A stretch of DNA of 64,000 bases from Macrostomum lignano (taxonomy: Eukaryota). The notes under the pieces were generated by a model that searched no databases, had not been told where the DNA came from, and saw only the letters and a program-made list of their open reading frames with translations. The first letter of the stretch is position 1, and every line of letters starts with the position of its first letter. The stretch spans positions 160,034 to 224,033 of the forward strand of contig NIVC01001896.1 in the NCBI GenBank assembly GCA_002269645.1. The letters are read 5' to 3'. Of the stretch, positions 53,832 to 64,000 are shown piece by piece. Made by a program: the position numbers and the translations under genes.

Positions 53832-55123
53832 AGTCAGTAAGCAGACTGGCCCGGCAATCTACACTCCTCTATGCCGCGAAATCATTCGGCATGCTTTGTG
53901 AAGCCGCTTCTCTGGCCGCGTTATAAAATAGAGGATGGGAGAAAAAGGAAATTGGGGAGAGTCTGGGAGAGAGACAGGAAGGGATCCGATGAGGAACAGG
54001 CTGGCATTGCTCGCGAAGGAGCGGACTCGTGGGAGCAGAGGAGATTGGGCCGCCTGGCTGGCTGGCTGTTCGCCCCTCTGCCAATCCACAGCTTTTTCAT
54101 TAAAACCGATCGCCCATTCAAACTGGGTGTACGCGTTCGGTGCTTCTGTCCCTCTGCACCTGGGTATAGGCCTTCTCAATCTGGGACACGACAGTTCTCA
54201 GACTGCTCATCACTAATGCACTCTCTTCCTGTACTATATTATACACCTATTCCTGACAAACAGACAGATGGAGAATGACTTGGAATGGCTGTTTTCATGA
54301 TCGATTATTGAATAGCAATCGGTGCTTGAATGGAACAACTAAGGCGTATGTCGAGACTTATAAAGTTGGGCTTATTTTCCACAAATTTTCAGTGCAAGGC
54401 GACAGTTCTCATTACAAAGCAGAGGCAGAAAGACAAGTCAAGTACCTGGTACTTGTGGATCTCGTGGAAGAAAACCCATTTGTGAAAACTGAAGTCACTG
54501 TAACAAGCTCCGCGAACGACTGCCGAACAAGTCTGTCGTCATCGCCCAGATGCAAACGTAAGAACATAATTGCAATATAGTTTGCAAAAATCAACACAAC
54601 TTTAAAGTGAGAAGTCAGTTCTGTGGCTACACCTTTTATTCCCATGACTTGAAAATACAGCAAAGTTTTGCTGAGGTTGGAAGTCCTAAGGCTGTGCTAT
54701 ATTAGTGTTATACTAGAAATTTGCATACCATACAAGCTCTAGCTATGCTCAACTCTGAACTACACTTACTGAATTGCACAGCAGAGAGCCATCGTTTAAA
54801 TCATTAATCATTCCTTGTTTTTGCATTCGATGCCGCATTATGACAACAGCGTTGAATCGGTTTTCATCTGACGGAGGGAACTATGACGGATTGCGACGGT
54901 GGGCAAGGCTTCTAAGTGATTTGCCAATATATATCAGCCTCTGTCAGCGAGGCTTTGGATTGGGAAGATTCCGATGATTTGTTGCTTAATTCTGGAGAAT
55001 AAGGGCGAGTTCTGACGAGTCGACGACGTAAAAAGCAAGCTAATGGGTGTTTTTTAAGGCAACTATTAGCCATTTTGTTTAGTGGGGATCTATGCCTATA
55101 GAACGCAGCGCAGTGCTGGGGTA

Positions 55124-56655
55124 CCAAGGGGCTTTAGCACCAAGGGGCTTTAGCACCAAGGGGCTTTAGCACCAAGGGGCTTTAGCACCAAGGGGCTTTA
55201 GCACCAAGGGGCTTTAGCACCAAGGGCGCCAGCACCAAGGGGCGCCAGCACCAAGGGGCTTTAGCACCAAGGGGCGCCAGCACCAAGGGGCTTTAGCACC
55301 AAGGGGCTTTAGCACCAAGGGGCTTTAGCACCAAGGGGCGCCAGCACCAAGGGGCGCCAGCACCAAGGGGCGCCAGCACCAAGGGGCTTTAGCACCAAGG
55401 GGCTTTAGCACCAAGGGGCTTTAGCACCAAGGGGCTTTAGCACCAAGGGGCTTTAGCACCAAGGGGCTTTAGCACCAAGGGGCTTTAGCACCAAGGGGCT
55501 TTAGCACCAAGGGGCGCCAGCACCAAGGGGCGCCAGCACCAAGGGGCTTTAGCACCAAGGGGCTTTAGCACCAAGGGGCTTTAGCACCAAGGGGCTTTAG
55601 CACCAAGGGGCTTTAGCACCAAGGGGCTTTAGCACCAAGGGGCTTTAGCACCAAGGGGCTTTAGCACCAAGGGGCTTTAGCACCAAGGGGCTTTAGCACC
55701 AAGGGGCTTTAGCACCAAGGGGCTTTAGCACCAAGGGGCTTTAGCACCAAGGGGCTTTAGCACCAAGGGGCGCCAGCACCAAGGGGCGCCAGCACCAAGG
55801 GGCTTTAGCACCAAGGGGCTTTAGCACCAAGGGGCTTTAGCACCAAGGGGCTTTAGCACCAAGGGGCTTTAGCACCAAGGGGCTTTAGCACCAAGGGGCT
55901 TTAGCACCAAGGGGCTTTAGCACCAAGGGGCTTTAGCACCAAGGGGCTTTAGCACCAAGGGGCTTTAGCACCAAGGGGCGCCAGCACCAAGGGGCTTTAG
56001 CACCAAGGGGCTTTAGCACCAAGGGGCTTTAGCACCAAGGGGCTTTAGCACCAAGGGGCTTTAGCACCAAGGGGCTTTAGCACCAAGGGGCTTTAGCACC
56101 AAGGGGCTTTAGCACCAAGGGGCTTTAGCACCAAGGGGCTTTAGCACCAAGGGGCTTTAGCACCAAGGGGCTTTAGCACCAAGGGGCTTTAGCACCAAGG
56201 GGCTTTAGCACCAAGGGGCTTTAGCACCAAGGGGCTTTAGCACCAAGGGGCTTTAGCACCAAGGGGCGCCAGCACCAAGGGGCGCCAGCACCAAGGGGCG
56301 CCAGCACCAAGGGGCTTTAGCACCAAGGGGCTTTAGCACCAAGGGGCTTTAGCACCAAGGGGCTTTAGCACCAAGGGGCTTTAGCACCAAGGGGCTTTAG
56401 CACCAAGGGGCTTTAGCACCAAGGGGCTTTAGCACCAAGGGGCTTTAGCACCAAGGGGCTTTAGCACCAAGGGGCTTTAGCACCAAGGGGCGCCAGCACC
56501 AAGGGGCTTTAGCACCAAGGGGCTTTAGCACCAAGGGGCTTTAGCACCAAGGGGCTTTAGCACCAAGGGGCTTTAGCACCAAGGGGCTTTAGCACCAAGG
56601 GGCGCCAGCACCAAGGGGCGCCAGCACCAAGGGGCGCCAGAACCAAGGGGCTTTA
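55124..56655. repeat. 16-bp minisatellite (AAGGGGCTTTAGCACC, variant AAGGGGCGCCAGCACC), ~95 copies
   Basis: Direct reading. Confidence 0.97.
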
Positions 56656-57785
56656 GCCAGCACCGAGGTAAGAAACCTTCGTCTGCTTGACGTGGATGTC
56701 CTTATCCAGAAGCAGTTCGCATTTAGAAAGCGGAACCTCCGGCCGCACGGCGACCTCAGCCTGCGAGACCTGGAAGCAGCGGAAGGCCAGCTGACTCTCT
56801 CGAACAGAATCCCTTTGCCCTCCACTAAAATCCAAAAACATTATTCCCCTACGTCATGAATAAGAGGCAATTGGAACCCCTGTGAAATCCACTTCTTCAA
56901 TGACGGATCCCAAATCAACTCCGACTCTGGCTACGGCTACTGCTTCGTACCTGGAGGGAGACCGTGGCGACCTTCTCTCAGCACACTGGTACCTGCTTTA
57001 CCGTCCTTCAGAAGGGAGAGATCTATATGAAGGAGATCACCCTCCTCTTGGACAGTCAAGCAGCGATCCACGTGTACAGTCCTCGACTGCATCGCGCAGC
57101 TTAACCGCTTCTAAAGGCGCCTCCAACAAGGTGTCCCTGATTGGATCTCCGGGCACTCTGGCCACCCCGGCAATGTGTCGACGATCGCCTGACCAAGGCT
57201 GGCTCAACCTTGCCTTTTACTGGTCCCCGTGGCCCGAGAGTTTCTGCCAGCTCGTCCGCAACTTAAGAGCTGCCGGGCGAGCAACCATCCACCTCCTGGA
57301 CTCTCCAGAATAGGTATTTTACTGTTGGTTTGTCTAATAATAATATGGTTATTTTCTCTGACACGAAAATACGTTAAACTAATTGATAAGAATATTTTTG
57401 CGTGGAATTCCCTACAGCGTGCAGTTGTTTAGCTGCAGTTTTCTAAAAATAGAAATTACACACCCGCGGCCTCACCTCGCTTCGCGAAATTGTTCACTTT
57501 AAATGTACTGTACTGTGCACTATGCTAAATGCAATGCAATGCGTTAGTGTTTATTTTAAGCCATGACCAGTACAATTACGTCCTTGTTAGTTTGTCAGAA
57601 CTGCGGATTACCTAATTACTATTATTGTTGATGACTTCTTAGCGCAGAAAACAAGGCACTTTACCCTCTTGCAGTATAAAAATGGTACTATAGGTAGATT
57701 GTAAGTCTATAAACATCAAAACCTGTAAAAAACGTTGCCTGCAATATACGAGCGTACAATCTATAGGTTTAGTCTTATACTAATC

Positions 57786-58388
57786 ATGAATTGCCTGCCG
57801 ATTGCAGAGTTGGTGATGCATTACACACTAATCTGTGTGAGCACAGTCTGCTTGTGCATAGAAATCCAGCTCAATGAGATATTCGATGGACTCAACTCTG
57901 AGTACAGCAGATACCTCGGCTACATCTGCCCCGTTGTGGGGACGCTACTGAGCTTACTCAGGCTAACTGTCATCATCTTCAAGAATTGTTGCAAAAGAAA
58001 GAACAAGAAAAAATCTGGAAGCGCAGAGAGAAGCTGCGGCTGCAGCTGGTGCTCGTTGATGCAGCTTCTGGCTTGGCTCGCCTGCGCCGCTGGCTTCTTG
58101 GCCATGACCGTGCTCATCACCATCGGCCTGCCGCACATTCAAGGCGTCGTCTCGTCGGCGTCATCAGCGACGATGTCAGACTGTCCAGGAATCAACTTGG
58201 CCATTCGACTGTGGCGATTTCAAGCGGCAGTGGCCGGAGTGGCGGCTGGCGAGTGTCTGGCTCTCTTCGGCCTGAGAATTGCAGGGCTGGTGACGGCCCC
58301 GAGACTGCAAGGAAGGGAGGATGGCGTCATTTTCCAAGAAACATGGTCGTTTAGACCGGGAGCGGCAAAAAAGCAAATCCCTGTGTAA
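57786..58388 (+). CDS. Four-transmembrane protein of unknown family, ~200 aa (true start uncertain)
   Basis: Non-repetitive open frame with four hydrophobic segments (LVMHYTLICVSTVCLCIEI; YLGYICPVVGTLLSLLRLTVIIF; LLAWLACAAGFLAMTVLITIGL; AAVAGVAAGECLALFGL) and a basic/Cys cytoplasmic loop (KNCCKRKNKKK); AT-rich flanks. Confidence 0.6.
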   Translation: MNCLPIAELVMHYTLICVSTVCLCIEIQLNEIFDGLNSEYSRYLGYICPVVGTLLSLLRLTVIIFKNCCKRKNKKKSGSAERSCGCSWCSLMQLLAWLACAAGFLAMTVLITIGLPHIQGVVSSASSATMSDCPGINLAIRLWRFQAAVAGVAAGECLALFGLRIAGLVTAPRLQGREDGVIFQETWSFRPGAAKKQIPV

Positions 58389-59176
58389 AATTTGTTTGTT
58401 ACAGGTAATGTTTGCAGTGATGTTATAAGTAGTTCTTACCGAATCTTGTAAAATACAGACGTTTAATCCATACTTATTTGTTTGACTAAGTGCCTGTGAC
58501 TTTTGCTGGCCAAAAGTTACAAACGAGGATTTTAATGGCTCAGTAAAATTTTTATAGCTTTAGTAAATTAGTTCTATTCTTATGTCATTTAACTTTTCTA
58601 CAGACTTATACATTATAACTAATGATATGCTATATTTTAATCGTTACGAGTTACAAAGATAATAATACAAATTGTACATAAATTTAGAAACTATAGTTAT
58701 AATTATCATGTTGAATTATTAGGGTACTAAACTATTAGCGCCAGACTATAAAATGTAAATTATTATGTAATAAAACAACTGGCATACAGTATAATTGATA
58801 ACACTTGTAGTTGAGAAATAATACTAATTTTCAATACACTAAAAATGGGAAGTCAGGATTTTAGAATTGTTGGTGCTCAAAACTGACGGGTCATAATAGG
58901 AATCTGCTGTCTGACTTTAGACATCTCTCTTAGTTCGTAAAGTGTACACGAGTACTTTATAATCGCTTCGATAGCCAGTCAATTGACGTTCTAAAGTTTA
59001 TCTGAAAAAAACAGTAAAAATTTTGTCTATGGCACAGAGAAGGCGATCTTTTCTGCGTTGATGTCAAATTTGAAGTCAAAAGAAGAGAGATCCCGGCCCA
59101 ACTTCTTTGTTAAAGCTGCTTTAAAAGAAATTAAAGGTTGCTCTAGACGACTTTGATTATAATAAAGACAGGAAAG

Positions 59177-61220
59177 ATGGACCAGAAAGAGGACTCAGAA
59201 GCGACAGTCGATCTGAAGCAAACATTCTGCTTCGACTTTCTATCCGGGCCAGAAACTACGGAGGCGGCCAGTCACAGCAATCAGAGCAACCGCACCGACA
59301 TCATGAAGAAGTACTTAGTCTACATGGAGCTACCCAAGATTAGAGTGAGTGTCTGATATCTCAACTAATCTACTGGTAGTAGTTTAGATTTAACAAAAAC
59401 TTTTGGTATTAAAAAGATTTTCATCACTGTTCTTACCAAGCCATTTTTATCTACACTGTACAGATTGGAGACTACAGAAAGTCGAGCTGCGTCTCCGGCA
59501 ACGTGATCCGCTTTCACTTTCTGCTTCGTATCGCTCGCGATGAAGAGAATATGGTGCTGCGACTGCAACCCATCAAGGCCTACAAAACGCCCGTGGTGAA
59601 CTTCGCCGTCATCCATCGGCCTTTCCTTGACGATGACAGCGCTAAAGGTCCAATTCCAAAGAGTCCCGGTGTGCGCAGCCCGCTGATCAACTACGAAGGC
59701 GAAGAGACCAGTCCAGGAGTGCCCGACAGTCGTACCGATGATATCATTGAAGACTTTCAAAGCGACAAAGCTCAAGCGCCTAGTGTCGAAGATGAACAAA
59801 AGCAACAACAGGGACAGAGGATATCAAGCGATGCTAGCATCGGTAAATCTCAACCTAAACTGAAAGAAAGCCCGAAGAGGCGGTCCAGTCAGGCGAGTAT
59901 CGACAAAGACAAAGTACAGCAGAAATCCTCAGAGAGCCCGAAGAGGCGGTCCAGTCAGGCGAGTATCGACAAAGACAAAGTACAGCAGAAATCCTCCGAG
60001 AGCCCGAAGAGGCGGTCCAGTCAGGCGAGTATCGACAAAGACAAAGTACAGCAGAAATCCTCCGAGAGCCCGAAGAGGCGGTCCAGTCAGGCGAGTATCG
60101 ACAAAGACAAAGTACAGCAGAAATCCTCCGAGAGCCCGAAGAGGCGGTCTAGTCAGGCCAGTATCGACAATGCCAAAGTACAGCAGAAATCCTCCGAGAG
60201 CCCGAAGAGGCGGTCCAGTCAGGCGAGTATCGACAAAGCTCAACAAGAGCAGGCAAAGAGTCCCCAGAAACATTCGAGTTCAGAAAAGACCCAGACCCAG
60301 CCCTCAGAGAGTCCAAGCGACGATCTAGTCAGGCAAGCACCGACGAGCAGCAGCGGTTAGAAGTAGAAGCGCCCGTGAGGCGGCCAAGCCAGACAAGTCT
60401 CGACCAGTCTAAAATGGCGATCGTTGATCAGAGACGCTCGAGCCAATCAAGCACAGGTGCTCAGCAGCAGCGATTTGAAGTTGAGGCGCCCGTTAGGCGG
60501 CCAAGCCAAGCTAGCGAAGATCTGCTTCAGCAGGCCGGGGCAGCAAGGCAGCAAGAGAGTCAAACCAGTTCGGAAAATCGTCAGTCTCAGGTACCGGAGA
60601 CGTCTCAACAGAGACCTGCCCAGGGCATCTTGGCTGAGTCTCCAAAAAAGGCCCGACTTGAGATCGAGTCACCGACACCTCGTCAGGACATTTCCCCAGC
60701 TAGACTTCTCTCAGACGATAATGCAACCACTCGCACAGATACGACCGGTCGTCAAAAGCAGCGCCGTCCAAAGAAGTATTTTGTCTACTGCGAGATACCG
60801 AAGATCCTCCTTGGCGACTATCGCAACTCCAGCGTCATCTGCTCTGAGATTATCCACGCGCATTTCCTGATGAAAATTGCCAAAGATGAAGAAAGCAACC
60901 AGCCGCGTCTGAAACCGATCAAGCGGTATCACCGGCCAAAAGTGAACTTTGCAGTCATTCACCGGTCGCTACTGGTTGACGACGACGCAATCGGGCCGAT
61001 TCCTCGCAGCCCGAACGTTCGGTCACCGATGATCCGCGAGGACGAGCCCGAGGAGGAAGACGACGTTCCGCCAGACAACGTGATGCACGCCACAATGGGC
61101 TTCTGCTACGGTCGCCTGCCCCGCTCTAAGTACGAGCTGATCACGCAGTGGTCGTTGGTCAATGGAGACGGTGGTGGACCGCCACTTCCTGAGCTCGTGC
61201 TCAGCAAGGCCGATGTGTGA
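59177..61220 (+). CDS. Unknown ~640-aa protein with two copies of a ~90-aa domain and a central 22-aa RRSS repeat; exons 59177-59344 and 59464-61220; 1-nt deletion frameshift at ~60316
   Basis: Phase-0 intron (AGA|gtgagt ... tacag|ATT). Copy 1 KKYLVYMELPKIRIGDYRKSS...HFLLRIARDEE...RLQPIKAYKTPVVNFAVIHR aligns with copy 2 KKYFVYCEIPKILLGDYRNSS...HFLMKIAKDEE...RLKPIKRYHRPKVNFAVIHR. Adding one A at 60316 restores ESPKRRSSQAS and fuses ORFs 59503-60360 and 60375-61220. Confidence 0.75.
59866..60238 (+). repeat. 66-bp coding tandem repeat (ESPKRRSSQASIDKDKVQQKSS), ~6 copies
   Basis: CCCGAAGAGG recurs at 59871+66k. Confidence 0.95.
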
Positions 61221-61810
61221 TTTTGTCAAGTGCCATTCGGCGTGCTTAGCGGTGAAATCAATAACCACGGCGTTCATTTTTGTTCAGCGTCAGTCATCGA
61301 GCGACCGATTTTTCAGTTTTACTTCTTTGGAACTCTTCAAACATTTTTTTCGTCTTTACAGACAAGTTTTTTTCGGCCTGCGCACTGCAGGTGCAATCAA
61401 TCGCTCAGAAATTTCCTCTGCAATTTATACTAATCCTCTTTTACTACCTGTGCCCATACATTGTTTAGACAGAAGCGACCACTAAATTAAACCGGATTTT
61501 TTATTTCAACTATACACACTTGCTGAAACAAAATAAGTCGTTGATGCATCATTTTCACCTAAATAGGCCTTGCACTTTCTATTCCGTCAAATTTTAACCA
61601 GCCTTGATTACTTAGATTATTTAAATTACTTATTAGCCGATAAGTAGCTCGGATAATTAGGTCCGTAAACTACTATTTTTTAGATCAATCCGATATTCTA
61701 TTCGATAAATTCTTTATTCGATAAGATTGAATAGCTACAAAGAAAACTTTAAATTACAGCGTGTCAATGTCCACATGGACTTGATTATACATCATTCTAG
61801 GAAATCGTAA

Positions 61811-63062
61811 TATTGGGTTGTAGCAAAAGTTTCGAGCGTTTTCTTTAAACTTCTAGCGCTTTCTCTAGAGAAATTTCTGGAATGTTCTATGGGGGTATAC
61901 GAGTATAAGAGTGACCAGTGCGCACTACCGTATCCACTTCATATGCTCAACCTTCAGCTACAATGGTTACGAAACAACACGATCAACGTCACCTCATTCG
62001 AGCATCTTTACTTTTCTGCTTCAAGCTGGGCAACTCAGCAGCTGAGGTGCATCGCAAGTTATGTCAGGCATGTGCCGAAGACTTTCTGAGCGATCAACGC
62101 TGCCATGTCTGGTTTGCGCAGTTCAAGAAGGGTACGACGAATTACTCGAAGGCAAGTAGCTCTCCGGTTACCCACCTGAGCTCGATATCCAGCAGCTTGC
62201 CCTGCTTTTCGAAGCTGAGCCATATCTTACAACACGTGAAATTGCAGAGTACTTTAAAGTCTCTGCCATGACCACCGACCGCGGCCTTCATCAACTCGGC
62301 AAAGTGCACAAGCTTGGTCGATGGGTTCCACACGAACTTTCCCGTGAGAACAAGGATCAGCGCATCATCACATGCACCCAACTCCTGTCCTATCGTCGCA
62401 ATCCAGGATTGCTCGATACTGGTTACTGGCGATGAGGAGTGGGTGGCCAGTTTCAACACCACGCGCAAGCGCCAGTGGCTTTGCATGGCGGATCAGCCAC
62501 AGCCAACGCCCAAACCTGATCTACACCAAAAGAAGGTCATGATGTGAGTGGTGAATTCCAGTGGAATCGTCCACTGGAGCTCCTGCCTCGTAACACCAGC
62601 ATCACTGCCGATGTCTACTGTGAGCAGCTGGACAATGCATCAGGCTTTTGTCAAGCAGCAGGGCGCTGGCGCTAAATTCGATTTCTTCACGACAACGCCG
62701 ACCTCGTGTGGCGAAGAAGACACTACAGAAGCGGCTCGAGCTAGGCTGGGAAGTGATGCCCCACCCTCCCTACTCGCCTGATCTTGCGCCATCTGACTAC
62801 CATCTGTTCTGCTCTATGCAGAGCCACATAAATGGTGTGACGTTAAAAAGACGAGAGGAGGTGACAGCCTGGCTCGAGCAACACTTCAAGTCGCTGCCGC
62901 CTGAGTTCTTTAAGAAGGGCATCCACGATCTCATCGCCAGATGGCAACAGGTCATTGATCAGGATGGTGATTATATCCGAATAGAAACTGTTAGGACTGG
63001 AAAAATGAATTCAAAGTTTGAGGTGCAGAAACGCTCAGAACTTTTGTTACAACAACAACTTA
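61811..63062 (+). mobile_element. Mariner (Tc1/mariner, DD34D) DNA transposon, decayed
   Basis: Imperfect TIRs TTGGGTTGTAGCAAAAGTTTCGAGCGTTTTC (61813-61843) and GAAACGCTCAGAACTTTTGTTACAAC... (63028-63060), with TA at both ends; ~1.25 kb. Confidence 0.9.
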
Positions 63063-63063
63063 A
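61963..63063 (+). pseudogene. Mariner transposase pseudogene
   Basis: HTH (HLIRASLLFCFKLGNSAAEVHRKL...WFAQFKKG), WVPHEL, VTGDEEW, PKPDLHQKKVM, FLHDNA and HPPYSPDLAPSDYHLF, split over several frames, with an in-frame TGA at ~62545. Confidence 0.9.
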
Positions 63064-63442
63064 GTGAGCATTAAATGTAGTGAATTTTTTTAATGAGCCC
63101 AGTCTTCAGTTTAACACTATATATATGCGATATCAATCTGACGAACTTAAGGGAACTTCAACAGCCAATAGAATGGAACGGGGGTACCAGGATTCCAAAA
63201 GTAAAAAACGAGAAAAACAAACAGTAACTCGGTCAGATTGGCACTCCATCATTATTTTCTTTCCGATCCATGAATACACACAGTTAACAAAATTTTTTGA
63301 CTTTAGCAACACAGGAGCAGCAAGTAGCTTTCACTATTAGTTGACAGTAGATAGCAAACAGTTAAATTAGTAATAGTCAGAGTTAGTTTTTACAGTTACA
63401 CTTTGTTAGTGCAACACATAGCAGCGAAGTTAGCAGCTCAAA

Positions 63443-63462
63443 CCGGAAAGTGTGTGACGTCA
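63443..63462. promoter_or_regulatory. ETS-like (CCGGAAAG) plus CRE (TGACGTCA) motif pair, possible promoter of a neighbouring gene
   Basis: Two adjacent housekeeping-type motifs; a minus-strand donor CAAG|GTAAGTAT lies at ~63532-63542. Confidence 0.25.
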
Positions 63463-64000
63463 CTTTTTCAAAAAGCGAACCACGACTGGCAACTATTCTG
63501 CATTTAAAACAAAATTTAATATTTCAATATATACTTACCTTGCCTAATTGATAGTGGCAAATTCCAAAAATGTCTAAAACTGCTAACTACTTTCTAAATA
63601 GATACTTTAGAAATAGTTTTAAACAGAATAAGTAGATAACTCGTGGAAACTATTTGCATCCAATTCTCACCAAAACTATTTTTGGCGATTTTAATTTTTC
63701 ATCACATTAAACACCCACTGAGCGTCAAGTCAATGTTTCAGAAAAATCGGAATTATTTTGTCGACCTAAACTTAAAGAAGCTTGATACTCCGTCTATGAA
63801 CCCGTCACGGACTACTTAAGTACTACTTATCTACTAGTGGTCCTTGGAACCCGTCTGTGTGCCGAATTCTGCAATGCTAAGGCTACTCAAGGATTTGTGC
63901 AAAACTGCATGGTTGCCGCGTGAGCTGACGGTGGAGCACAGGACGAGCTGATTGAGCGCTATTTATCAAGTGGTTCAAAATCGTTCATAACTTTGGAAAA

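Noticed and set aside
63531-63542. U1 snRNA 5' end (ATACTTACCT)
   Set aside because: No further U1 similarity; simply a minus-strand splice donor consensus.

Overview
Eukaryotic (metazoan) genomic DNA with spliceosomal introns and a very high tandem-repeat load. The repeat density and gene style would fit a free-living flatworm such as Macrostomum, but that is inference only. Most long ORFs in the track are artefacts of micro- and minisatellites. Genes I could reconstruct with phase-consistent GT-AG junctions: a 3-exon FoxC forkhead gene (-, 2791-7595); six exons of an ionotropic-glutamate-receptor-like gene covering the signal peptide, the amino-terminal domain and the start of S1 (-, 25477-40672); a 2-exon 4-TM claudin/PMP22-like gene (-, 42935-44510); a partial unknown gene (-, 52229-53831); a 4-TM protein (+, 57786-58388); and a protein with a duplicated ~90-aa domain and RRxS repeats, broken by a 1-nt frameshift (+, 59177-61220). 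A possible secreted peptide precursor lies at 48866-49233 (+). Mobile DNA comprises a tRNA/CORE-like SINE, a decayed mariner, and a 5'-truncated but ORF-intact Penelope-like element (PLE; RT plus GIY-YIG, with a minimal hammerhead ribozyme). The most striking structure sits inside one intron of the receptor gene: (TCTA)n - 16.3 near-identical copies of a structured 273-bp unit - (TCTA)n - PLE - (TCTA)n, with a further 8.3-kb (TCTA)n tract across an assembly gap. The 273-bp unit ends in a TCTA-like sequence exactly where the array meets the microsatellite, and it shares a 15/16-nt motif with the PLE 3' end. This suggests a microsatellite-targeted PLE plus a non-autonomous, possibly circular-RNA-derived satellite partner. 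No databases or folding tools were run; family names rest on motifs recognised by eye.
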